Shown here piece after piece: positions 25,294 through 37,750 of a DNA stretch of 64,000 bases. Both the position numbers and the translations under genes were made by a program. The stretch covers positions 247,752,001 through 247,816,000 of the forward strand of contig NC_067403.1 in assembly GCF_016432865.1 (NCBI RefSeq), given 5' to 3'. The stretch comes from Antechinus flavipes (Eukaryota). Within the stretch, counting starts at the first letter, position 1. Each line of letters opens with the position of its first letter. Below the pieces are notes generated by a model. That model did no database searches. It was not told where the DNA came from and saw only the letters and a program-made list of their open reading frames with translations.

Positions 25294-25957
25294 TAGAATG
25301 AGCACTGGACCTCAGTTTCACTGTGGTTCATTTCCATTAGGGAAGGTGATCTCTGGTGTCAGACAATGTGAGACATAGAAATTTGCCCAGGTGTTCTGGA
25401 GTTTTTTTTGGCATATAGTTGTTTTTCATCTTTGTCCAGGAGCCCGTGTGCCCTCTTGGGATCTTGAGTATGGCCTCAGGAGAACATTGAGATCAATATT
25501 GTCCACATGCTACTCAGTCTAATTTTGGCTTTGCAGATTACAGGTTGTGCTCACGCCTTGGAGGCTCTGGGGTTGTGAGGGGGTCCAGACTGAATCCTTC
25601 ATAAACATAGATGTAAGAGATGTAAGGGGGAGTCACTTATCTGCCAGTCCCTAGCTCCTTCTCAGGGAAAGCACCAGCTCAGCGATGCTAAAACAGAAGG
25701 GAGAAGTGATTGAGGACTGTTAGATTGTGAACAGAGCTAGCAAGGCTTTAATTGAGGAAGCTTTAAGAGGGATAACCCAGAGACTACATTCACTAAAAGA
25801 AACTATTTTAAGGAGAAAGCAAAGTGGTCATAGTGTCAGAGTCTTGAACAGGGCTTATTCCTCAGCCTCCTAGAAATAACTATTCCTGATTTCTGGGACT
25901 TAAGAGAAGAGCTGAACTCCAGATGCTGGTAGCTCATTCTCTGAGGACTGAAGATAT

Positions 25958-26187
25958 ATGGAGGAGAAACCCATCACCATGGTGTGCTCGCTGCTCTTTA
26001 CCCTGATCCTAACCCCCTTTATGTCTAGTGCTGTCCAATCTCCCTGCCAACTACCTGCCCCCAGTACCACTGAACAGCTCTCTATTGAGGGGGATGTGCT
26101 CCTTGGAGCTGTCACCCCCTTACATGCTCAGCTTGTCCGGCAGAAGGTGACTTTTCTCCAACCTCCAGAGCAGCCACCGTGCCAACA
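25958..26187 (+). CDS. V2R-like class C GPCR, exon 1 (signal peptide and N-terminus, 230 nt, ends phase 2)
   Basis: Hydrophobic signal (MVCSLLFTLILTPFMSSA), GDVLLGAVTPLH (family motif GDxxxGGxFPxH) and F..PP..PPC. Donor CA|gtaagt at 26188. Confidence 0.85.
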
Positions 26188-26389
26188 GTAAGTATTGTCC
26201 TTTATTCCTGGGGAAGGATAAAAGGAGATAGGCAAGCATGCTCTAAGTGATAGGGTGGGGAGGATATCTGGGAGGATTGAGCCACAGTTCTTTCATACCC
26301 CTTTTTCCAAGATTGATCAGTCTGAATAGATAGAGCTGGACCCCTTGTAGATCGTTTAAGGTAGTGAATGAACCCAAGTTCATTCATTA

Positions 26390-26390
<1 letters not shown>

Positions 26391-26470
<80 letters not shown>
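26391..26470. repeat. (GA)n microsatellite
   Basis: Directly visible. Confidence 0.95.
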
Positions 26471-26473
<3 letters not shown>

Positions 26474-27272
26474 CGAAGGAGGGACAGACAGAAAGAAAAA
26501 AAAACTAGGAGGGATGCAAATTAGTATAAATATAATTGGAGTTGTGAGTGGCTGGGTCTTGTGAACATAGGGTTTAAGAAAGGGAAACTCTGCCCCTACT
26601 CTTTGTTTACAGATCATCTAATCTGAGGCTGGCACTTTAGAATTTCTGGCTCATAGTAACTCAATAAAAGTTAGAGGGAACCAGTGAGCTATCTATTTTA
26701 TTCTCTGTGTCCTCACCATAATCAACAATCCCTTCTACAACACTGAGGATAATATTTCATTTTTTGCTTGACCACTTCCTGTGATGAGGAAATCAACACT
26801 TTTACTAGCAGTCAGCTCCAATTTTAGACAGTTCCAGTTATTAGAGACTTCTTTCTCATGTTGTGCTCTAGTCTGCGTCCCTGTAGCTTCCATTCATCAG
26901 GTGCAGAGCTGTGTTGGGGGTCCAAGCAGAAGAGCTCCAAAACCTCTTCTATTTTGTGTCTGTTCAAATATGTGAAGACAATTATCTTCTCCCTAACACC
27001 CCCAAACAAAACAAGGCAAAATCCATTCCAAACCCAGCAATCACCTTCTGGCCCTCCCCCTTGTTTTCTTTTCTCCAAGACAAACTTCCTGGGTTTCCTT
27101 AGATAGACTTCCATCATCTTTCTGAACAGGCAATGACCTTCCTGAAGTGGGACATCCAAAATCCTAGAATTCAATTCAAATTAACATTTAAGTCCTTTGT
27201 TTGAAAGGAGGCCGAGTGGATACTGATTTCAACCTCTTCCCAAATGGTGATTTCTATAAAAAGCAAGAAAGT

Positions 27273-27470
27273 TAGATAGTTCAGTGGATAGACTACCGAG
27301 CCTCCAGGATAGAAGGCTGAATTCAAATCTGAACTAAGACACACAGTAGTCATTCAACCTCTTTTTTTGTAATTCACTGGAGAAGGAAATGGCTAACCAC
27401 TCTAGAAGTCTTGCCAAGAAAATCCCAAACAATGTCACAGAATCAGCCAGAACCGAGCCACAAATCCAAC
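27273..27470 (+). mobile_element. MAR1-type SINE
   Basis: tRNA-like head (cagtggatagact...gaattcaaatc) and RTE-like tail (ggagaaggaaatggctaaccactctag...ttgccaagaaaatccc). Confidence 0.7.
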
Positions 27471-28588
27471 TACAAAGCAGCCTTACTAGGTGTCTAAAAA
27501 GCTTTTATCAAAATTACTTCAGCAAGAGGAAAATCACTGGTTTCCTAGGCAGGTTGTGCCATTTTCTAATTGTTTGGAATTTTAGATTCTTTTTCACTAA
27601 GTCTCTATCTGCCGCCCCTCTATATTTTACCTGTAGGCTCCAATGGGGCCAAAAGTAGTGCTCCAGGTGGGGTTTGATCAGGACAGAGCACAGGAGTCTC
27701 TTTCTTTTTTACTGATGCAGCCAAACACTTCAGTTTTTCCCTGTTGCTGTGTCACATTGTTGGTTCATGTTGGTTTTAGAATCATCATAGACTTCCAAGT
27801 CCTTCTCCTTCCCAAACATTTCCATCATTTTCTACAGGTTTTTTTTTTAAACAAGAAAGAACCCTTAACTTTATGTCAACTGAATTGTATCTTGTTGAAT
27901 TTGACCCATTCTCATGATCTGACTGGTTAATAATCCTGAGTCTCATCAAAGCATATATTTTTCTTTGTTTCAGTAGCAAATTTAAGAAGTGTTATGCTAA
28001 TATTTTCATTCAAGTAATTTGTCTAGAGATGCAACAACAAAAGTAACTCATATTTAAACTACAAATGCACTTTATATATCTTGTCTCTTTTGAGTGGGCA
28101 TCCTTCTAAGGCTAGGAGAGATGAGCTGACTTCTCTTGGGTCACATAGTAAATGTGTGAAGTTGGATCTGAACCAAAAGCTTCCTCTCCCGAGCCTCAAA
28201 TTGTCTTCGCTTAATTTAGAAAATAGGAATTTAGAAATCCCCCAGTTCAGATATTCTTAACCTGGGGAATGGGGATGGAGGGTTATCTATGAATTTGTAT
28301 AGAAAAAAATCTCATTTAAATCTCACTACCTTTGGCTTCCTCTGTAATCCTATCTAGTTGTTTTATACGTTTAGAATCATTATTGTGAAAAGGATTCTGA
28401 TGATGTTTAATTATGTCATTTTTAAGATGAGGAAACTGAGACCCAGGGAGAGGGAGGGAATGACTGTTGTATCACCATAGAAATTAGAATATGTCCAGCT
28501 TATGGGAAAGGAGGGAGCTTTTCAAGATTTTATTGTTATCCAAGGCTGTGGCTACTTTGAGTCTGCTGTATTTTGTTCCTTCCTGAAG

Positions 28589-28880
28589 ATTTAAAGCTAG
28601 ATTTTTCCTGAATGCTTTGGGCATGCTATTTGCTGTGGAAGAGGCAAATAGAGACGCCAGTTTCCTGCCCAATATCACAGTGGGATTCCAGCTCTATGAC
28701 TCCTGTGTGTCTGGAACCCGGGCTCTTGGGAGCACTCTTGGTCTCCTGTCTGGACAGCTCCTCCCAACACCCAACTTTGATTGCCACCCCCAGCATCGAC
28801 TCCTGGGAATCATAGGTGGGATGACTTCCCCAGAGTCGGAGGCCATGGCTGAGCTGCTCTCTGTTTACCAAGTCTCTCAG
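28589..28880 (+). CDS. V2R-like exon 2, copy a (292 nt; RDASFLPN)
   Basis: Acceptor ttgttccttcctgaag and donor CAG|gtgagt. Translates (Q)FKARFFLNALGMLFAVEEANRDASFLPNITVGFQLYDSC...GIIGGMTSPES...YQVSQ, in frame with exons 1 and 3. Confidence 0.9.
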
Positions 28881-29645
28881 GTGAGTAATATACCTAGAGA
28901 CTTAAGCAGAGAATTCATAGGTAGAAAGATTACCTGCTCTAGTAGTTTCCTCTCTTCTCCAAGACTAAAAGCCCTTCTTTGTTCCTAAAAACCCAGGGTC
29001 ATTCCCACTCACAGTTTGGTTTGATATACTCCATGATGTAGTGAATAGGGGTCACATAATGTGACTGGAGGAGTCCCAGGAAAAAGCCCAAATAGCTTTG
29101 TGCTGGGTTTTCAATGATTCCTGACATTTTACTATTAGAAATTAATTTCTTTTCGTTACAAACTCTTAAAATGAAAATACTCCATAAAAGAATAACACCT
29201 TGAAACCATTTACCAAAAAACAATAATTGACTTTTAGATAATATTTTTAGATTTATCAAGTGTTTTCCTTACAAAAGCTTTGTGAGCTAAGTAAAGCAAG
29301 GGAAATGAATCTCATTTTACAAGTGTATAAACAAAAAACCCAGAATGTTTGTATGACTTGTTCAATGTCCATAATGGTTTTTTGGACTTTAAGCCACTTA
29401 GATTTCAACTTCATCGCTAAGCTGCCATGGGCAAAATAATCATTTAACATCACTCAGCTTCACTTTCACATCTCTAAAATAGGTATAGCAATGGCAAGTA
29501 TTTCACAGGATTATTGTGACGGTAAAATGAGATAACATGAATAAAATGCTTTAAAATCTTAAAGCACCATATACAAGTTATAGTAGTATATTATATGTAC
29601 ATATATAAATACATATATACATATGTATAAATATATATGTATATA

Positions 29646-29785
29646 TTTGGCTGAGGCAATTGGGATTAAATGACTTGCCCAGGCTCACACAGCTAGGCAG
29701 TGTTAAGTGTCTGAGGCCAGATTAGAACTCAGGTCCTCCTGACTTTAGGGCTGGTGCTCTATCCACTGTGCCACTTAGCTGTTTC
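29646..29785 (-). mobile_element. WSINE1-type SINE with 15-bp TSD; tail converted to an AT microsatellite (also present in unit B at 33865-34004)
   Basis: Antisense WSINE1 body. TSD agtagtatattatat at 29582-29596 and 29786-29800. Confidence 0.88.
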
Positions 29786-30962
29786 AGTAGTATATTATAT
29801 TTATACATAACATATAGTATGATAGTAATTTACTATATTTATATTATATTCAATGACACCCATATTTTATTTAATATTATATTTTATTGATATATTTAAT
29901 ATTATATTATATTTAATGTTACATTTATTAGTGATTAATTATATAAATGTCAAATAATAGTAATTTATTATATTTTTATTATATTTAACTACATCAATAT
30001 TTTATTTAATATTATATTTTATTAATGCATTTAATAGTTTAATATTGTATTAATTTAATGTTGTATTTATTAATAATTAAATTACATCATTATAAAATCA
30101 AATAAATTTGTATGAGTTAATTTTAGAGCAAGTAACACATGGGCCTCTTGTTTCCAGGTTCAGTATTTCTTTATACCATATCAGCATCAGGTTTATAAAG
30201 CTGCATTAAAGAATATGCATAAGAATTTTTGAGTCTTTTGCAACGATGCTAGGATTTGCAGAGGCTGTAATTCCCAGAATGCCCATCAATGGAGTGAGTT
30301 GGATTGGGAATAGGAACTTGGTAGAGGTTGGCTCTGGAGAATAGCTGGTGGCAAGGATTCCACAATTAGCTATATGAACTTGCACTCTTAGGGATAAGAG
30401 CCAGGAGGAAGCTGAGAGATAGGCCGATCCAACTTCCTTATTTTTCAGAACAGAGAGCTGCTATAATTTCCCAAGGTCACATGGGTAGTAAATAGGAGAG
30501 TTGAGCTTCAAGCCCATATGCTAGACTCTAAATCCAGGTTTTTCTCACTGCTTCACAAAGACCTCTCCATGCTAGGGATATTCAGATGACCTTATAGTGT
30601 CTTTACACACTCAGTGATCTCTAATGACTTCTTATTGCTTGTACAAAAAAGTTCATGTTCTTTTCTTCTATTTAATTTTTAAATCTGGACCCTAGCCACC
30701 TAAATCAGTCAGTCAATCAAAAAAGCATTAATAAGCACCAGCTATATTCCAAGAGTTGGAGTTGCCAGTACAAAGATTGGAAAAAATCTGTATTCTCAGG
30801 GGGGCAAGCATTCTAAAAAGGAAGATGAACATATCTCTATCTCTATCCATATCCATATCTCTATCTCTATCCATATCCATATCTCTATCTATCTATGAGT
30901 ATATACGTAATATATACAAAGAGGACAAATGCAAATGAATATAAACTAGTTACATTATATAG

Positions 30963-31208
30963 AGCTACTAGGCAGTGCAGTGGAAAGAGAACTGTGCTTG
31001 GAGCCAGAAAGACTATCTTCCTGAGTTCAAATCCAGGCTCAAACAAATGCTTGATTGGGTCAAATTCCTTAACCATTTTTGCCTCAGCTTTCTCATCTGT
31101 AAAATGAGATGGAGAAGGAAATGGCAAACCATTCCACTATCTTTGCCAAGAAGACCCTAGGTAGGGTCATGGAGAGTTGGACATAATTGAGATGATACAA
31201 CAACAAAA
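30963..31208 (+). mobile_element. MAR1-type SINE (also present in unit B at ~35158-35404)
   Basis: Head ctaggcagtgcagtggaaagag...gagttcaaatcc, core cctcagctttctcatctgtaaaatg, tail ggagaaggaaatggcaaacc...caacaacaaaa. Confidence 0.8.
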
Positions 31209-31235
31209 TAACATATATAACTATTCTATTTATAA

Positions 31236-31276
<41 letters not shown>

Positions 31277-31370
31277 TGTAAGAGAGAGAAAGTATGAGAG
31301 AGAGGAGAAAGGACTTGCTCTTCCCTCTCTTCTCCCTTTATCAGTCATAGTCTCTTACAACTCTTATTTA

Positions 31371-31519
31371 TTTATTTTTGATTATAGCTTTTTATTTACA
31401 AGTTATATGCATGGGTAATTTTACAGCATTGACAATTGCCAAACCTTTTGTCCCAATTTTTCCTCTCCTTCCCCCCATCCCTTCCCCTAGATGGCAGGTT
31501 GACCAATACATGTTAAATA
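31371..31519 (-). mobile_element. 5'-truncated L1 3' end with 15-bp TSD (also present in unit B)
   Basis: Antisense marsupial L1 tail (ttatagctttttatttacaagttatatgcatggg...agatggcaggttgacc). TSD tacaactcttattta at 31356-31370 and 31520-31534. Confidence 0.85.
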
Positions 31520-31868
31520 TACAACTCTTATTTACCCTGTAGGAGATGCTGCATCCAGGAGGGAGCATAGTGAAGCAGACAGAGTTGGGAAGCAGGAAGA
31601 ATCAGGAAGCAGCTCCAAGTTCTATCGCCAGAGAATAGAATTGATAATGCCTTTCTGTTTATCCCTAGAACTCAACACAAGGCCTGGAACATATTAGATG
31701 CTTATTAAGTGTTTGTTGGCTGACCGAGTATAGATTTAAAAGCAAACTTTCCCTGAGTCACAGAGAGAAACATCATAAAGCTATTGAGCTTGTGGAAGAA
31801 CAGTGGTGAATTCCTAATAAGAGGAAAGACACTGGGACCCCACATGCTGGGAGGAACGGATTTTCCTT

Positions 31869-34800
31869 GGCCAAAAGTAGTGCTCCAGGTGGGGTTTGAT
31901 CAGGACAGAGCACAGGAGTCTCTTTCTTTTTTACTGATGCAGCCAAACACTTCAGTTTTTCCCTGTTGCTGTGTCACATTGTTGGTTCATGTTGGTTTTA
32001 GAATCATCATAGACTTCCAAGTCCTTCTCCTTCCCAAACATTTCCATCATTTTCTACAGTTTTTTTTTTAAACAAGAAAGAACCCTTAACTTTATGTCAA
32101 CTGAATTGTATCTTGTTGAATTTGACCCATTCTCATGATCTGACTGGTTAATAATCCTGAGTCTCATCAAAGCATATATTTTTCTTTGTTTCAGTAGCAA
32201 ATTTAAGAAGTGTTATGCTAATATTTTCATTCAAGTAATTTGTCTAGAGATGCAACAACAAAAGTAACTCATATTTAAACTACAAATGCACTTTATATAT
32301 CTTGTCTCTTTTGAGTGGGCATCCTTCTAAGGCTAGGAGAGATGAGCTGACTTCTCTTGGGTCACATAGTAAATGTGTGAAGTTGGATCTGAACCAAAAG
32401 CTTCCTCTCCCGAGCCTCAAATTGTCTTCGCTTAATTTAGAAAATAGGAATTTAGAAATCCCCCAGTTCAGATATTCTTAACCTGGGGAATGGGGATGGG
32501 GGGTTATCTATGAATTTGTATAGAAAAAAATCTCATTTAAATTTCACTACCTTTGGCTTCCTCTGTAATCCTATCTAGTTGTTTTATACATTTAGAATCA
32601 TTATTGTGAAAAGGACTCTGATGATGTTTAATTATGTCATTTTTAAGATGAGGAAACTGAGACCCAGGGAGAGGGAGGGAATGACTGTTGTATCACCATA
32701 GAAATTAGAATATTTCCAGCTTATGGGGAAGGAGGGAGCTTTTCAAGATTTTATTGTTATCCAAGGCTGTGGCTACTTTGAGTCTGCTGTATTTTGTTCC
32801 TTCCTGAAGATTTAAAGCTAGATTTTTCCTGAATGCTTTGGGCATGCTATTTGCTGTGGAAGAGGCAAATAGAGACCCCAGTTTCCTGCCCAATATCACA
32901 GTGGGATTCCAGCTCTATGACTCCTGTGTGTCTGGAACCCGGGCTCTTGGGAGCACTCTTGGTCTCCTGTCTGGACAGCTCCTCCCAACACCCAACTTTG
33001 ATTGCCACCCCCAGCATCGACTCCTGGGAATCATAGGTGGGATGACTTCCCCAGAGTCGGAGGCCATGGCTGAGCTGCTCTCTGTTTACCAAGTCTCTCA
33101 GGTGAGTAATATACCTAGAGACTTAAGCAGAGAATTCATAGGTAGAAAGATTACCTGCTCTAGTAGTTTCCTCTCTTCTCCAAGACTAAAAGCCCTTCTT
33201 TGTTCCTAAAAACCCAGGGTCATTCCCACTCACAGTTTGGTTTGATATACTCCATGATGTAGTGAATAGGGGTCACATAATGTGACTGGAGGAGTCCCAG
33301 GAAAAAGCCCAAATAGCTTTGTGCTGGGTTTTCAATGATTCCTGACATTTTACTATTAGAAATTAATTTCTTTTCGTTACAAACTCTTAAAATGAAAATA
33401 CTCCATAAAAGAATAACACCTTGAAACCATTTACCAAAAAACAATAATTGACTTTTAGATAATATTTTTAGATTTATCAAGTGTTTTCCTTACAAAAGCT
33501 TTGTGAGCTAAGTAAAGCAAGGGAAATGAATCTCATTTTACAAGTGTATAAACAAAAAACCCAGAATGTTTGTATGACTTGTTCAATGTCCATAATGTTT
33601 TTTTGGACTTTAAGCCACTTAGATTTCAACTTCGTCGCTAAGCTGCCATGGGCAAAATAATCATTTAACATCACTCAGCTTCACTTTCACATCTCTAAAA
33701 TAGGTATAGCAATGGCAAGTATTTCACAGGATTATTGTGAAGGTAAAATGAGATAACATGAATAAAATGCTTTAAAATCTTAAAGCACCATATACAAGTT
33801 ATAGTAGTATATTATATGTACATATATAAATACATATATACATATATATATATATATGTATATATTTGGCTGAGGCAATTTGGATTAAATGACTTGCCCA
33901 GGCTCACACAGCTAGGCAGTGTTAAGTGTCTGAGGCCAGATTAGAACTCAGGTCCTCCTGACTTTAGGGCTGGTGCTCTATCCACTGTGCCACTTAGCTG
34001 TTTCAGTAGTATATTATATTTATACATAACATATAGTATGATAGTAATTTACTATATTTATATTATATTCAATGACACCCATATTTTATTTAATATTATA
34101 TTTTATTGATATATTTAATATTATATTATATTTAATGTTACATTTATTAGTGATTAATTATATAAATGTCAAATAATAGTAATTTATTATATTTTTATTA
34201 TATTTAACTACATCAATATTTTATTTAATATTATATTTTATTAATGCATTTAATAGTTTAATATTGTATTAATTTAATGTTGTATTTATTAATAATTAAA
34301 TTACATCATTATAAAATCAAATAAATTTGTATGAGTTAATTTTAGAGCAAGTAACATATGGGCCTCTTGTTTCCAGGTTCAGTATTTCTTTATACCATAT
34401 CAGCATCAGGTTTATAAAGCTGCATTAAAGAATATGCATGAGAATTTTTGAGTCTTTTGCAACGATGCTATGATTTGCAGAGGCTGTAATTCCCAGAATG
34501 CCCATCAATGGAGTGAGTTGGATTGGGAATAGGAACTTGGTAGAGGTTGGCTCTGGAGAATAGCTCATGGCAAGGATTCCACAATTAGCTATATGAACTT
34601 GCACTCTTAGGGATAAGAGCCAGGAGGAAGCTGAGAGATAGGCCGATCCAACTCCCTTATTTTTCAGAACAGAGAGCTGCTATAATTTCCCAAGGTCACA
34701 TGGGTAGTAAATAGGAGAGTTGAGCTTCAAGCCCATATGCTAGACTCTAAATCCAGGTTTTTCTCACTGCTTCACAAAGACCTCTCCATGGTAGGGATAT

Positions 34801-35431
34801 TCAGATGACCTTATAGTGTCTTCACACACTCGGTGATCTCTAATGACTTCTTATTGCTTCTACAATAAAGTTCATGTTCTTTTCTTCTATTTAATTTTTA
34901 AATCTGGACCCTAGCCACCTAAATCAGTCAGTCAATCAAAAAAGCATTAATAAGCACCAGCTATATTCCAAGAGTTGGAGTTGCCAGTACAAAGATTGGA
35001 AAAAATCTGTATTCTCAGGGGGGCAAGCATTCTAAAAAGGAAGATGAACATATCTCTATCTCTATCCATATCCATATCTCTATCTATCTATGAGTATATA
35101 TGTAATATATACAAAGAGGACAAATGCAAATGAATATAAACTAGTTACATTATATAGAGCTACTAGGCAGTGAAGTGGAAAGAGAACTGTGCTTGGAGCC
35201 AGAAAGACTCATCTTCCTGAGTTCAAATCCAGGCTCAAACAAATGCTTGATTGGGTCAAATCCCTTAACCATTTTTGCCTCAGCTTTCTCATCTGTAAAA
35301 TGAGATGGAGAAGGAAATGGCAAACCATTCCACTATCTTTGCCAAGAAGACCTTAGGTAGGATCATGGAGAGTTGGACATAATTGAGATGATACAACAAC
35401 AAAATAACATATATAACTATTCTATTTATAA

Positions 35432-35490
<59 letters not shown>

Positions 35491-36087
35491 TATGAGAGAG
35501 AGGAGAAAGGACTTGTTCTTCCCTCTCTTCTCCCTTTATCAGTCATAGTCCCTTACAACTCTTATTTATTTATTATTTTTGATTATAGCTTTTTATTTAC
35601 AAGTTATATGCATGGGTAATTTTACAGCATTGACAATTGCCAAACCTTTTGTTCCAATTTTTCCTCTCCTTCCCCCATCCCCTCCCCTAGATGACAGGTT
35701 GACCAATACATGTTAAATATACAACTCTTATTTACCCTGTAGGAGATGCTGCATCCAGGAGGGAGCATAGTGAAGCAGACAGAGTTGGGAAGCAGGAAGA
35801 ATCAGGAAGCAGCTCCAAGTTCTATCACCAGAGAATAGAATTGACAATGCCTTTCTGTTTATCCCTAGAACTCAGCACAAGGCCTGGAACATATTAGATG
35901 CTTATTAAGTGTTTATTGGCTGACCGAGTATAGATTTAAAAGCAAACTTTCCCTGGAAATTGTAAGTTGAGTCACAGAGAGAAACATCATAAAGCTATTG
36001 AGCTTGTGGAAGAACAGTGGTGAATTCCTAATAAGAGGAAAGACACTGGGACCCCACATGCTGGGAGGAACGGATTTTCCTTGGCCA
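31869..36087 (+). repeat. Tandem duplication 1, unit B (contains exon 2b)
   Basis: Collinear with unit A. Differs by scattered SNPs, microsatellite length, a 24-bp repeat-unit difference (30831 vs 35050) and a 14-bp indel (gaaattgtaagttg at 35956). Confidence 0.97.
32810..33101 (+). CDS. V2R-like exon 2, copy b (292 nt; RDPSFLPN)
   Basis: Splice sites are identical to copy a. The only exonic difference is G28656 vs C32877 (Ala vs Pro); Pro fits the family pattern NRxPxLLPN. Confidence 0.9.
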
Positions 36088-36925
36088 TATGTGTTCCTCA
36101 CTACCATTGTACTCAAAGTGATCACCCTTCCCACTGGTACTGTGTGTATTTGTGAGTTTGTGAGCCAGATTTTTTGTTAGGAATACTCAGCAGCTACTGT
36201 CCTCACCGTGCTTAGTAAAGCTTACCAGCTTGCTAAAGGCCTTGAGCTAATATATAATTAGCTACTGGTTGACTATTGAAAGTGAATTTACTAGCTTGTG
36301 AACTCTAACTTTAGGAAGGCAGACCCATGGGTCTGTGGTCCCAACTTACAAACTTGAGTTCTCAATGATAATTCCAGGATGGGGGAGAGGGGACACGACA
36401 AGGCATTCATGGAAGAGTTGTTTAAACAATAATGCCTTCTATTTTTATTTTTATTTTAGAACTTTTAGGTTTGCAAATTATGATTTTCTCAACTCTAGCA
36501 GTTAGGTAGTAATTGTATTACTACTATTGCTGCTGCTGCTGCTATTATTACTACTATTACTATTACTAACTTTAGGCACATAGCCCACATTATCTCATTT
36601 AAGTCACAATATTTCTATGGGACGGATTCTATTATTATTCTCATTTTAGAAATGGGGAAACTGAGGCTGAGAAAAAGTTAAGTAACTTGCCCACAATCAT
36701 TCAGCCATGGATTTACGTACAAGCTTTCCTGACTCCAGATTCAGAACTATTCTCTTTGCCCTCTTGCTCCCTCTAGCTCTAGTTTATGGATGAAACTGTG
36801 AAGAATGGTGAAAATAGATCAAGGTTTAAATTCCCAGGTAGCTACTTGGAGGTTTCAGGAAATATGAAGCCATATGCTGTTTTTTTTTCCTGGCCAGGAA
36901 CATTTGGCCCTTTTTCTTTCTCCAG

Positions 36926-37750
36926 ATAAGTCATGGATCTCAACATCCCCAATTTTCTGACCACCACCGGTTCCCGTCCTTCCTTCGCACAGTCCCCAGC
37001 AGAGTCCACCAACCTCAGGCCATGGCTAAAATACTTCTCTACTTCAACTGGACCTGGGTGGGCCTGGTAGGATCAGATAGCGGTGCCTTTGAGTGGCTGG
37101 ACCAGGAATTCCGGAAGGAAGTCGGAAAGAACGGCGGCTGCGTGAGCTTCTCGAAGAGGATCGATGGCCACATCAATCACGTGGGTGATGTGGCTGATGC
37201 CATCTGGAATTCCACTGCCAAGGTAATCGTCTGTGACTGCTACCACATCCACTTCGTTCTCCTTGCCAAGGCCCTTCAAGAGAAGAATATGACCAACAGA
37301 ATCTGGCTCATGTCCACTTCTTTTTTACCAGATGCCTCAGTATTGAATAGAGAAGCCAGAGAGATGCTAAATGGGAGTCTGTCTCTGGGGATACACTCTG
37401 GACCAATACCTGGCTTCAAGCACTTCCTGTCCACTCTGCATCCAGCCATGTATCCAGACAACCACTTGGTAAAGCTATTTTGGCAAGAACTGTTGGGCTG
37501 TACCTGGTCTGGGCCAATGTCTATTGATAGTCAAGCAGGATATGTTATCCAAAATTGCACAGGATTAGAGCAGCTGACACAACTCCATCTATCTGTACTG
37601 AATCTGGATGACTTGACCGCTACATACCAAGCCTACCTGGCAGCCAAAACCTTCCTGGTGGCCTATCAGAATCTGAGGGCCTGCTCTCCTGGGGAAGGAC
37701 CATTTACTGGTAGCAATTGTACCAGGACAGAAGATGCCAGACCATGGCAG
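36926..37750 (+). CDS. V2R-like exon 3 (825 nt, Venus flytrap core)
   Basis: Acceptor tttttctttctccag. Translates ISHGSQHPQFSDHHRFPSFLRTVP...FNWTWVGLV...PGFKHFL...RPWQ. Donor CAG|gtgaga. Open throughout, phase 0/0. Confidence 0.93.

Larger units (their letters stand above)
27647..31868 (+). repeat. Tandem duplication 1, unit A (4222 bp, contains exon 2a)
   Basis: Collinear with 31869-36087 at roughly 99% identity by eye. GGCCA microhomology at 27647, 31869 and 36083. Confidence 0.97.

Noticed and set aside
26663-26668. Intronic AATAAA after exon 1 implying a short secreted peptide
   Set aside because: It lies in a common L2-tail remnant. Such signals are frequent in this window and there is no further support.
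28881-28988. C-terminal tails of the exon ORFs (VSNIPRD..., VRQR, VRTKIH...)
   Set aside because: These are read-through past canonical GT donors into introns, and family similarity stops at the donors.
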